DNA from: Nemertoderma westbladi
Taxonomy: Eukaryota > Animalia > Xenacoelomorpha
Length of the DNA stretch: 64,000 nt
Assembly (NCBI GenBank): GCA_032718475.1
Contig: JAUCBJ010006691.1
Location: forward strand, 62,001 to 126,000
Direction of reading: 5' to 3'
Below the pieces are notes generated by a model. The model saw only the letters and a list, made by a program, of their open reading frames with translations, ran no database searches and was not told where the DNA came from. Position 1 is the stretch's first letter, and each line of letters begins with the position of its first letter. Both the position numbers and the translations under genes were made by a program. Positions 1 through 13,100 of the stretch are shown piece after piece.

Positions 1-926
1 GCAGAGGCAATGTGAGGAATGAATCGTTGGTTTCAGTGATGAAAAGGAAGTTCGGTAAAAATACAGCTATTGCAGAGAAAACTTGGCTCAAGATCTGAAG
101 ATTGCTTCTGGTGGAGAATAAGTTGGTACTGATTTTCCTAAGATAACATTTTAATTTAATTGTACCGGTACGAATGTGTCACAACTCTCGCATTGGACGA
201 TCTTACTCCGAGAGTTTGTTCCTCGTTGACAGACAGGACAGTTTATCTTCGGCGCCCGCGTCCGACTGTCCGACTGAGTCCTGGGTTGGTCTAAATATCC
301 CCAGCGAGAAAGAAGACAAAGTTTGACGATTAGGCCTCTACAGCTCTAGCAGTCTAGCACTAGCAGTCTAGTTCTGGGAGAAGAGTCCAGACATCGTCTT
401 CCTCGAAGAGAACAGTAGCAGTAGGCCTATTGCCTATGGTAGAGGCTGAATCCGCTCGTCGACCACATCTCCGTCGATTCTTCACAGCAGCTGGAACGGT
501 AGCGACAGGGTATTCCGCAAACCAGCTGACCAGTCCAATACGGGTATCGGGTCCGGGTGGATTGCAGGGCAGCAGGGCAGGGTTACCAGGTTACCCCGCA
601 GTTCAGACAGTCCGCAGGTTCTGCCACCACGAAACGGCCCAGTCAGCCAGTATGATGAAAATCCTGGAGATTAGATGCAGCGACATTATTCTGTAGTCTG
701 ACGCAAGAGACAAAAACTGTATATGGTATAGGCCTAGTACCGGTATCTCGATAGCTTATATCACTGTATAAAGCAACATAGGCCTGTAGGCCTACCTTCC
801 TACAGCAGTACAGATAGACATTATTGTGAATAGAGTCACATCACATGATACCAGGATTTAGCACGTCGTTTAAATTTTGCGCCAAATGTGTTTTGAGGTT
901 GGACTTTTGGTATCATCTGCTGTGAC

Positions 927-1965
927 GGTAAAACCGTGGTACTATGACAAACTGGCAGTTATAAATGGTAAAACCGTGGTACTATGATAAACTGGCAGTT
1001 ATAATTGTAAAACCGTGGTACTATGATAAACTGGCAGTTATAATTAAAAAACCGTGGTACTATGTTAAACTGGCAGTTATATATTGTAAAACCGTGGTAC
1101 TATGATAAACTGGCAGTTATAATTAAAAAACCGCGGTACTATGTTAAACTGGCAGTTATAAATTGTAAAACCGTATCGTGGTAGTGGTACTATGACAAAC
1201 TGGCAGTTATAATTGTAAAGCCGTGGTACTAGGATAAACTGGCAGTTATAATTGTAAAACCGTGGTACTATGTTAAACTGGCAGTTATATATTGTAAAAC
1301 CATGGTACTATGATAAACTGGCAGTTATATATTGTAAAACCGTGGTACTATGTTAAACTGGCAGTTATATATTGTAAAACCGAGGTACTATGATAAACTG
1401 GCAGTTATATATTGTAAAACCGTGGTACTATGTTAAACTGGCAGTTATATATTGTAAAACCGTGGTACTATGATAAACTGGCAGTTATATATTGTAAAAC
1501 CGTGGTACTATGATAAACTGGCAGTTATAATTAAAAAACCGTGGTACTATGTTAAACTGGCAGTTATAAATTGTAAAACCGTACCGTGGTAGTGGTACTA
1601 TGATAAACAGGCAGTTATAATTGTAAAGCCGTGGTACTATGTTAAACTGGCAGTTATATATTGTAAAACCGTGGTACTATGTAAAACTGGCAGTTATATA
1701 TTGTAAGACCGTGGTACTATGTTAAACTGGCAGTTATATATTGTAAAACCGTGGTACTATGATAAACTGGCAGTTATATTGGAAATATGTGGTTCTATGA
1801 AAAACTGGCAGTTATATTGGAAACATGTGGTTCTATGATAAACTGGCAGTTCATTTTGGTAAACTGGCAGTTATCATTTTAACCTGTGATTCTATGATAA
1901 ATTGGTAGTTAGTTTAAATCTGTGGTTCAATTTTGAACTGGTAGTTCTTTTGTAAACTGGAAGTT
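927..1965. repeat. 38-40 bp minisatellite, about 23 copies, degenerating rightwards; inverted relative of the 39-bp satellite at 3253-16761
   Basis: Unit ATTGTAAAACCGTGGTACTATGATAAACTGGCAGTTATA aligns with the reverse complement of the large satellite unit, ATTGTAAATCTGCGGTTCTGTGATAAACTGGCAGTCATT. Confidence 0.95.
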
Positions 1966-2202
1966 ATATTTTACATATGTCATTTAACCGCAAAAGGCCA
2001 TATTATCATTTCGATAAAACCGGGAGTTTATTTATTCTGTTTCGAAAAACCCCCACTTTTTTTTATTTATAATTTTATATTATTTTGTATCTTTTTAAAA
2101 CCCCCGGTTTAAAAATTTACCGCCGTTTCAAAATTATAACATGGGTTTAAAAAGTAAGACCCGGGGTTTTTTAAAGAACCTGGGTTGTGTTTTTTCACCG
2201 TT

Positions 2203-2293
2203 GGAAAGCTGACCGTGCAAGGATTCCAAATATGTAACACAATTTGAATTTGGTTGGGAAATAGATTTGGAATCCTTGCACGGTCAGCTTTCC
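2203..2293. repeat. 91-bp hairpin or tiny MITE-like inverted repeat
   Basis: Perfect 29-bp arms GGAAAGCTGACCGTGCAAGGATTCCAAAT (2203-2231) and its reverse complement (2265-2293), 33-bp spacer, TT on both flanks. Confidence 0.85.
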
Positions 2294-2508
2294 TTTCCAC
2301 TAGTACCAACAAATCACTAAATGTTTGAAGATTAACTGCGGTGTAACTGGTGCAATATCGACGGAGACACCTTTTTCAAACGCTTGTAGCTAAAGAATGA
2401 AAGCGAAAATAAAACTTCTGGCTCACCCAGTCAGTGGTCGGGAGGTGAAACTATCTCTGTTTCAAATTTCATGCAATCTCATTACGATTTGTAAAACAAT
2501 TTGGGGGT

Positions 2509-2539
<31 letters not shown>

Positions 2540-3252
2540 GTACCTGAATAACGACACTATATTCCAGGACATGGTGTACTAACATGCTATTGGCTAAAAT
2601 TTCGACAGCAAACATGGGAATGAAAGATTGTTCTTTCATATTATAGCCAGGTTTTTATAATTGGTGCTGTACATCATAGTTAAGTTAACCAGGTCCATCA
2701 CAGCACTGAAAAAAGTAAGTGCCGGTCGATTTTTTAACCATTGGTTATGGATAGGTACTTGCGGTAGTGATTGATAAACCGGGGGTTAGTATGGATTATA
2801 CAAAAATGGCTGGTAGTAACTTCCGGTTACGATATTAAACCGGCGGTTTAAGATATTGGTTATATTAAAAAAGGGTGTTATTAAAAAGGTGGTTATTAAA
2901 TTATCAAACCGGCGGTTTTTATGATATGTAAAAATGGCGGTTTTATTTTCAAACTGTTGGTTCTTGTTAATTAAACGCTTATAGTTATCAAACCGGCGGT
3001 TTTTATGAAATGTTAAAATGGTGGTCTTATATTCAAACTGTCGGTTCTTATTGTTAACAAACACGTGTGTAGTTTTCAAACCGGCGGTTTTTATGAAATG
3101 TAAAAATGGCGGTTGTATTTTCACAATTGCCGGTTTTTACTATACATACAAAGAACCCTAAGTTGTGTAATTCAACTGGTAATGCCGTTATTTCTGTATT
3201 ACAGAGGCGTGATATGATATAACTAATTTACAATAATAACTGCCAGTTAGTT

Positions 3253-6200
3253 TATCACAGAACCACAGATTTACAATAATGACTGCCAGTTTATCACAGA
3301 ACCGCAGATTTACAATAATGACTGCCAGTTTATCACAGAACCACAGATTTACAATAATGACTGCCAGTTTATCACAGAACCGCAGATTTACAATAATGAC
3401 TGCCAGTTTATCACAGAACCACAGATTTACAATAATGACTGCCAGTTTATCACAGAACCACAGATTTACAATAATGACTGCCAGTTTATCACAGAACCAC
3501 AGATTTACAATAATGACTGCCAGTTTATCACAGAACCGCAGATTTACAATATTGACTGCCAGTTTATCACAGAACCACAGATTTACAATAATGACTGCCA
3601 GTTTATCACAGAACCGCAGATTTACAATAATGACTGCCAGTTTATCACAGAACCACAGATTTACAATAATGACTGCCAGTTTATCACAGAACCGCAGATT
3701 TACAATAATGACTGCCAGTTTATCACAGAACCACAGATTTACAATAATGACTGCCAGTTTATCACAGAACCGCAGATTTACAATAATGACTGCCAGTTTA
3801 TCACAGAACCACAGATTTACAATAATGACTGCCAGTTTATCACAGAACCACAGATTTACAATAATGACTGCCAGTTTATCACAGAACCACAGATTTACAA
3901 TAATGACTGCCAGTTTATCACAGAACCGCAGATTTACAATATTGACTGCCAGTTTATCACAGAACCACAGATTTACAATAATGACTGCCAGTTTATCACA
4001 GAACCGCAGATTTACAATAATGACTGCCAGTTTATCATAGAACTACAGATTTACAATAATGACTGCCAGTTTATCACAGAACCGCAGATTTACAATAATG
4101 ACTGCCAGTTTATCACAGAACCACAGATTTACAATAATGACTGCCAGTTTATCACAGAACCGCAGATTTACAATAATGACTGCCAGTTTATCACAGAACC
4201 ACAGATTTACAATAATGACTGCCAGTTTATCACAGAACCGCAGATTTACAATAATGACTGCCAGTTTATCACAGAACCACAGATTTACAATAATGACTGC
4301 CAGTTTATCACAGAACCGCAGATTTACAATAATGACTGCCAGTTTATCACAGAACCACAGATTTACAATAATGACTGCCAGTTTATCACAGAACCACAGA
4401 TTTACAATAATGACTGCCAGTTTATCACAGAACCACAGATTTACAATAATGACTGCCAGTTTATCACAGAACCACAGATTTACAATAATGACTGCCAGTT
4501 TATCACAGAACCACAGATTTACAATAATGACTGCCAGTTTATCACAGAACCGCAGATTTACAATAATGACTGCCAGTTTATCACAGAACCGCAGATTTAC
4601 AATAATGACTGCCAGTTTATCACAGAACCACAGATTTACAATAATGACTGCCAGTTTATCACAGAATCGCAGATTTACAATAATGACTGCCAGTTTATCA
4701 CAGAACCACAGATTTACAATAATGACTGCCAGTTTATCACAGAACCGCAGATTTACTATAATGACTGCCAGTTTATCACAGAACCACAGATTTACAATAA
4801 TGACTGCCAGTTTATCACAGAACCACAGATTTACAATAATGACTGCCAGTTTATCACAGAACCGCAGATTTACAATAATGACTGCCAGTTTATCACAGAA
4901 CCACAGATTTACAATAATGACTGCCAGTTTATCACAGAACCGCAGATTTACAATAATGACTGCCAGTTTATCACAGAACCACAGATTTACAATAATGACT
5001 GCCAGTTTATCACAGAACCACAGATTTACAATAATGACTGCCAGTTTATCACAGGACCGCAGATTTACAATAATGACTGCCAGTTTATCACAGAACCACA
5101 GATTTACAATAATGACTGCCAGTTTATCACAGAACCGCAGATTTACAATAATGACTGCCAGTTTATCACAGAACCACAGATTTACAATAATGACTGCCAG
5201 TTTATCACAGAACCACAGATTTACAATAATGACTGCCAGTTTATCACAGAACCACAGATTTAAAATAATGACTGCCTGTTTATCACAGAACCGCAGATTT
5301 ACAATAATGACTGCCAGTTTATCACAGAACCACAGATTTACAATAATGACTGCCAGTTTATCACAGAACCGCAGATTTACAATAATGACTGCCAGTTTAT
5401 CACAGAACCGCAGATTTACAATAATGACTGCCAGTTTATCACAGAACCACAGATTTACAATAATGACTGCCAGTTTATCACAGAACCGCAGATTTACAAT
5501 AATGACTGCCAGTTTATCACAGAACCACAGATTTACAATAATGACTGCCAGTTTATCACAGAACCACAGATTTACAATAATGACTGCCAGTTTATCACAG
5601 AACCGCAGATTTACAATAATGACTGCCAGTTTATCACAGAACCACAGATTTACATTAATGACAGCCAGTTTATCACAGAATCGCAGATTTACAATAATGA
5701 CTGCCAGTTTATCACAGAACCACAGATTTACAATAATGACTGCCAGTTTATCATAGAACCGCAGATTTACTATAATGACTGCCAGTTTATCACAGAACCA
5801 CAGATTTACAATAATGACTGCCAGTTTATCACAGAACCACAGATTTACAATAATGACTGCCAGTTTATCACAGAACCGCAGATTTACAATAATGACTGCC
5901 AGTTTATCACAGAACCGCAGATTTACAATAATGACTGCCAGTTTATCATAGAACCACAGATTTACAATAATGACTGCCAGTTTATCACAGAACCACAGAT
6001 TTACAATAATGATTGCCAGTTTATCACAGAACCACAGATTTACAATAATGACTGCCAGTTTATCACAGAACCACAGATTTACAATAATGACTGCCAGTTT
6101 ATCACAGAACCGCAGATTTACAATAATGACTGCCAGTTTATCACAGAACCACAGATTTACAATAATGACTGCCAGTTTATCACAGAACCGCAGATTTACA

Positions 6201-7743
6201 ATAATGACTGCCAGTTTATCACAGAACCACAGATTTACATTAATGACAGCCAGTTTATCACAGAATCGCAGATTTACAATAATGACTGCCAGTTTATCAC
6301 AGAACCACAGATTTACAATAATGACTGCCAGTTTATCACAGAACCGCAGATTTACTATAATGACTGCCAGTTTATCACAGAACCACAGATTTACAATAAT
6401 GACTGCCAGTTTATCACAGAACCGCAGATTTACAATATTGACTGCCAGTTTATCACAGAACCACAGATTTACAATAATGACTGCCAGTTTATCACAGAAC
6501 CGCAGATTTACAATAATGACTGCCAGTTTATCATAGAACTACAGATTTACAATAATGACTGCCAGTTTATCACAGAACCGCAGATTTACAATAATGACTG
6601 CCAGTTTATCACAGAACCACAGATTTACAATAATGACTGCCAGTTTATCACAGAACCGCAGATTTACAATAATGACTGCCAGTTTATCACAGAGCCACAG
6701 ATTTACAATAATGACTGCCAGTTTATCACAGAACCGCAGATTTACAATAATGACTGCCAGTTTATCACAGAACCACAGATTTACAATAATGACTGCCAGT
6801 TTATCACAGAACCACAGATTTACAATAATGACTGCCAGTTTATCACAGGACCGCAGATTTACAATAATGACTGCCAGTTTATCACAGAACCATAGATTTA
6901 CAATAATGACTGCCAGTTTATCACAGAACCGCAGATTTACAATAATGACTGCCAGTTTATCACAGAACCACAGATTTACAATAATGACAGCCAGTTTATC
7001 ACAGAACCGCAGATTTACAATAATGACTGCCAGTTTATCACAGAACCACAGATTTACAATAATGACTGCCAGTTTATCACAGAACCACAGATTTACAATA
7101 ATGACTGCCAGTTTATCACAGAACCACAGATTTACATTAATGACAGCCAGTTTATCACAGAACCGCAGATTTACAATAATGACTGCCAGTTTATCACAGA
7201 ACCACAGATTTACAATAATGACTGCCAGTTTATCACAGAACCACAGATTTACAATAATGACTGCCAGTTTATCACAGAACCGCAGATTTACAATAATGAC
7301 TGCCAGTTTATCACAGAACCACAGATTTACAATAATGACTGCCAGTTTATCACAGAACCGCAGATTTACAATAATGACTGCCAGTTTATCACAGAACCAC
7401 AGATTTACATTAATGACAGCCAGTTTATCACAGAATCGCAGATTTACAATAATGACTGCCAGTTTATCACAGAACCACAGATTTACAATAAAGACTGCCA
7501 GTTTATCACAGAACCGCAGATTTACTATAATGACTGCCAGTTTATCACAGAACCACAGATTTACAATAATGACTGCCAGTTTATCACAGAACCGCAGATT
7601 TACAATATTGACTGCCAGTTTATCACAGAACCACAGATTTACAATAATGACTGCCAGTTTATCACAGAACCGCAGATTTACAATAATGACTGCCAGTTTA
7701 TCATAGAACTACAGATTTACAATAATGACTGCCAGTTTATCAC
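3253..7743. repeat. 39-bp satellite, left block (about 115 monomers)
   Basis: Unit AATAATGACTGCCAGTTTATCACAGAACC(A/G)CAGATTTAC, highly homogeneous, with one dimorphic A/G site. Confidence 0.99.
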
Positions 7744-10168
7744 TGGAAATGGATTGTTTTCGGCTGGAATCCAGTTCAAGAAGCGAACTGGAAAGCTATG
7801 GACTCATAGTGGACCCAGTGGTCACAAGTCCCAGATAGACCATATTCTGTTTCGTAGGAAATACAGGAGCTCTATACAAGACTGTAATGCATTTACACTT
7901 CGACCCTTCTCCAGTGATCACCGCCTTATTGTGGCCAAGGTAAGACTTAGTCTGCGTGCTAGCAGAACAACGAAATCTGCCTTGCCGCGGCATGACTGGT
8001 CCTCTCTGTTGCAACAGCCAAGTGTGAGATCCAGCTTCACACTACAGCTGAGCAACAGGTATGAGGCTCTTGCCTCTGAGGCGGCAGATCACTGTGAGGG
8101 CTATACTGCCTTTACAGAAGCAGTTAAGTTAGCAGCTGCAGAAACAGTTCCTGTATACCCTCGAAACAGGAAAAGGGCCCCCTGGACTGACAACAAAATT
8201 CAAAAGTGCCGAAATGACCTTCATAAGGCGCAGAAAGAGTCCCGACTCAAACAGACTACAGCGGCCAAGAATGCAGTTAAGGCTGCATCTAGGTCCCTGA
8301 ACAGGCAGTACTCTGTTAATCTACAGGAGCTAATAAACCAACAGGTTGATGCCATCAATGATGCTGACGACAGCAGGCAATCATCCCAGGCATGGAAATC
8401 GATCAATCTGCTTACTGGGCGGAAAAGCCAACCAACCACCAAGGTTAAGGCTGAATCACCAGTCGATCGCCTCAATGGTTGGAAAGCCCACTTTGAAAAG
8501 CTCCTCAATAATGACAGAGTATTGCCTGATAACTTTATAGAAGTAAAGTTGTCTGAGTCTGTACTCCTAGATATTCCCATTGGCGATATCTCCTTTGCAG
8601 AAGTGAAGGCTGCTGCAAAGAGCATTAAGACCAATCGTGCCAGTGGAGTAGATGGTGTTCCCCCTGAGGTCTTTAAAATACCTGAGTGTTTAAAGCTCAT
8701 CTATCCCATCATAGTAGACATGTACCGTACAACAAGAGTCCCACAAGAAATGAAAACAAATAAGTTGGTGCCAGTTCCCAAGAAGGGCAACCTAACACTC
8801 TATGGTTCTTTTCGGGGAATCTCATTGATCTCGATTGCTGCAAAGCTATACAATAGGATTCTATTAAATCGCATCAGGGATCCCATTGAGAGACTGCTCC
8901 GTGGAAATCAGAATGGGTTCCGTAAACGTCGTGGGACCATGGAGCCCATTTTGGCACTTAGGATAATTGAAGAATTATCAAAAAAGAAAGACAGGCATCT
9001 GGCTGTTATCTTTGTTGACTTCTTCAAGGCCTTTGATTCAGTCTCTCGCTCACGTATGTTCAGCATACTTTCATTATATGGGATTCCTGATGAAATTATT
9101 GCAGCAATCAGATCAGTATACGATGGTTCGACAACATTTGTGTCTACTGTTGACGGTGACACAGAACCATTTGAAGTGTTATGGGGCGTCCTCCAAGGAG
9201 ACACACTTGCACCATTCTTGTTCATTATTGTGGTTGACTATGTTCTACGCATGTCCTTAGATCATCATAATGATGATGGGGTGATGATAACTCCACCTAC
9301 TGGCTCCAGAAGTCGAGGAAATCCTGCCAAGTACCTAACTGATCTAGACTTTGCTGATGACTTAGGAGTACTCTCAGAATCATTAGAGGGAGCCCAACGG
9401 CTCCTCAGCTCATTAGAACATGCTGCTTCTAGTGTTGGTCTTTTTATTAACTCCAGAAAGACCAAAATTCTGACAGTTAACTTTGAAAGTCCTCAGCAAG
9501 TCTCTGATCGGATGAGCATAAGCTCAAAGGATGGTATGCTTGAGCATGTGGACGACTTCTGTTACCTGGGATCATGGATCCGGAAGTCAGGTGCGGACCT
9601 TCGAATACGTAAGGGAAAGGCATGGGCAGCCTTGAATAGGCTTTCCAGGATTTAGAAGTCACCGAGAATTAATCGGAAACTTAAGGTCCAATTATTTAGA
9701 GCAGCAGTAGTTCCAGTACTCCTCTATGGGAGTCCATGCTGGGCTCTAACTGCTGAGGACACCAAATCTCTGGATGGCACATTCACAAGAATGCTACGCC
9801 GGGTTCATTGTGTCAAGTACAATGCACACATCTCCAACCAGACACTATATAACATTGGAGGTGTCTCATTGGTTCCCCCAAGCTTGACACTAGAACAAAA
9901 TCGCCTCCGCTTTGCAGGACATTGCTTTCGCCGTGAGGACCAGCCAGTGCATAATCTTGTACTTTGGCAGCCTCATGGAGTGAATAAGCATGGTGGACAG
10001 CCCATGACTTTCTTGAGACGCATCTTAAAGGACACTGGCCTTAAAGATGCGGATGATCTAGCAAATGTCATGGGTGATAGGGAGTTGTGGCGGTGCAATT
10101 TTGTTGACAAGCCGGCACAGCATTCTTAAAAATGCAGCTGCAATGCAGCATGCCGATCCTAGTAGTAG
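7744..10168 (+). mobile_element. 5'-truncated RTE-clade-like non-LTR retrotransposon inserted in the satellite
   Basis: Starts within the APE endonuclease C-terminus (QIDHIL, SDHRL). Full RT follows (QNGFR, FVDFFKAFDSV, GVLQGDTLAPFLF, FADD), then RTE-type C-terminal motifs (LLYGSxxW, LDGTFTRMLRR, RLRFAGHCFR), a ~40-nt 3' UTR and a (TAG)3 tail. 46-bp target duplication at 7698-7743 / 10169-10214. Confidence 0.92.
7754..10129 (+). pseudogene. Endonuclease/reverse transcriptase ORF of the LINE, 5'-truncated, with one in-frame stop
   Basis: ORFs 7754-9655 and 9791-10129 are in the same frame. A single TAG at 9653-9655 (probably from TGG, RIW>RI*) is followed by uninterrupted KSPRINRKLKVQLFRAAVVPVLLYGSPCW. 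Confidence 0.9.
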
Positions 10169-13100
10169 TTATCATAGAACTACAGATTTACAATAATGAC
10201 TGCCAGTTTATCACAGAACCGCAGATTTACAATAATGACTGGCAGTTTATCACAGAACCGCAGATTTACAATAATGACTGCCAGTTTATCACAGAACCAC
10301 AGATTTACAATAATGACTGCCAGTTTATCACAGAACCGCAGATTTACAATAATGACTGCCAGTTTATCACAGAACCACAGATTTACAATAATGACTGCCA
10401 GTTTATCACAGAACCGCAGATTTACAATAATGACTGCCAGTTTATCACAGAACCACAGATTTACAATAATGACTGCCAGTTTATCACAGAACCACAGATT
10501 TACAATAATGACTGCCAGTTTATCACAGAACCACAGATTTACAATAATGACTGCCAGTTTATCACAGAACCGCAGATTTACAATATTGACTGCCAGTTTA
10601 TCACAGAACCACAGATTTACAATAATGACTGCCAGTTTATCACAGAACCGCAGATTTACAATAATGACTGCCAGTTTATCACAGAACCACAGATTTACAA
10701 TAATGACTGCCAGTTTATCACAGAACCGCAGATTTACAATAATGACTGCCAGTTTATCACAGAACCACAGATTTACAATAATGACTGCCAGTTTATCACA
10801 GAACCGCAGATTTACAATAATGACTGCCAGTTTATCACAGAACCACAGATTTACAATAATGACTGCCAGTTTATCACAGAACCACAGATTTACAATAATG
10901 ACTGCCAGTTTATCACAGAACCACAGATTTACAATAATGACTGCCAGTTTATCACAGAACCGCAGATTTACAATATTGACTGCCAGTTTATCACAGAACC
11001 ACAGATTTACAATAATGACTGCCAGTTTATCACAGAACCGCAGATTTACAATAATGACTGCCAGTTTATCATAGAACTACAGATTTACAATAATGACTGC
11101 CAGTTTATCACAGAACCGCAGATTTACAATAATGACTGCCAGTTTATCACAGAACCACAGATTTACAATAATGACTGCCAGTTTATCACAGAACCGCAGA
11201 TTTACAATAATGACTGCCAGTTTATCACAGAACCACAGATTTACAATAATGACTGCCAGTTTATCACAGAACCGCAGATTTACAATAATGACTGCCAGTT
11301 TATCACAGAACCACAGATTTACAATAATGACTGCCAGTTTATCACAGAACCGCAGATTTACAATAATGACTGCCAGTTTATCACAGAACCACAGATTTAC
11401 AATAATGACTGCCAGTTTATCACAGAACCACAGATTTACAATAATGACTGCCAGTTTATCACAGGACCGCAGATTTACAATAATGACTGCCAGTTTATCA
11501 CAGAACCATAGATTTACAATAATGACTGCCAGTTTATCACAGAACCGCAGATTTACAATAATGACTGCCAGTTTATCACAGAACCACAGATTTACAATAA
11601 TGACTGCCAGTTTATCACAGAACCGCAGATTTACAATAATGATTGCCAGTTTATCACAGAACCACAGATTTACAATAATGACTGCCAGTTTATCACAGAA
11701 CCACAGATTTACAATAATGACTGCCAGTTTATCACAGAACCGCAGATTTACAATAATGACTGCCAGTTTATCACAGAACCACAGATTTACAATAATGACT
11801 GCCAGTTTATCACAGAACCGCAGATTTACAATAATGACTGCCAGTTTATCACAGAACCACAGATTTACATTAATGACAGCCAGTTTATCACAGAATCGCA
11901 GATTTACAATAATGACTGCCAGTTTATCACAGAACCACAGATTTACAATAATGACTGCCAGTTTATCACAGAACCGCAGATTTACTATAATGACTGCCAG
12001 TTTATCACAGAACCACAGATTTACAATAATGACTGCCAGTTTATCACAGAACCGCAGATTTACAATATTGACTGCCAGTTTATCACAGAACCACAGATTT
12101 ACAATAATGACTGCCAGTTTATCACAGAACCGCAGATTTACAATAATGACTGCCAGTTTATCATAGAACTACAGATTTACAATAATGACTGCCAGTTTAT
12201 CACAGAACCGCAGATTTACAATAATGACTGCCAGTTTATCACAGAACCACAGATTTACAATAATGACTGCCAGTTTATCACAGAACCGCAGATTTACAAT
12301 AATGACTGCCAGTTTATCACAGAACCACAGATTTACAATAATGACTGCCAGTTTATCACAGAACCGCAGATTTACAATAATGACTGCCAGTTTATCACAG
12401 AACCACAGATTTACAATAATGACTGCCAGTTTATCACAGAACCACAGATTTACAATAATGACTGCCAGTTTATCACAGGACCGCAGATTTACAATAATGA
12501 CTGCCAGTTTATCACAGAACCATAGATTTACAATAATGACTGCCAGTTTATCACAGAACCGCAGATTTACAATAATGACTGCCAGTTTATCACAGAACCA
12601 CAGATTTACAATAATGACAGCCAGTTTATCACAGAACCGCAGATTTACAATAATGACTGCCAGTTTATCACAGAACCACAGATTTACAATAATGACTGCC
12701 AGTTTATCACAGAACCACAGATTTACAATAATGACTGCCAGTTTATCACAGAACCACAGATTTACATTAATGACAGCCAGTTTATCACAGAACCGCAGAT
12801 TTACAATAATGACTGCCAGTTTATCACAGAACCACAGATTTACAATAATGACTGCCAGTTTATCACAGAACCACAGATTTACAATAATGACTGCCAGTTT
12901 ATCACAGAACCGCAGATTTACAATAATGACTGCCAGTTTATCACAGAACCACAGATTTACAATAATGACTGCCAGTTTATCACAGAACCGCAGATTTACA
13001 ATAATGACTGCCAGTTTATCACAGAACCACAGATTTACATTAATGACAGCCAGTTTATCACAGAATCGCAGATTTACAATAATGACTGCCAGTTTATCAC

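Noticed and set aside
1-700. GC-richer segment and 88-aa ORF as possible WDR37 3' or KIF3A 5' exon
   Set aside because: No WD40 or kinesin motifs in the frames I read; left unassigned.
9653-9655. Possible programmed read-through or recoded TAG in the LINE ORF
   Set aside because: A single TGG>TAG transition in a 5'-truncated dead copy is sufficient; host genes here use TAG as a normal stop (TTLL12, MCM7).
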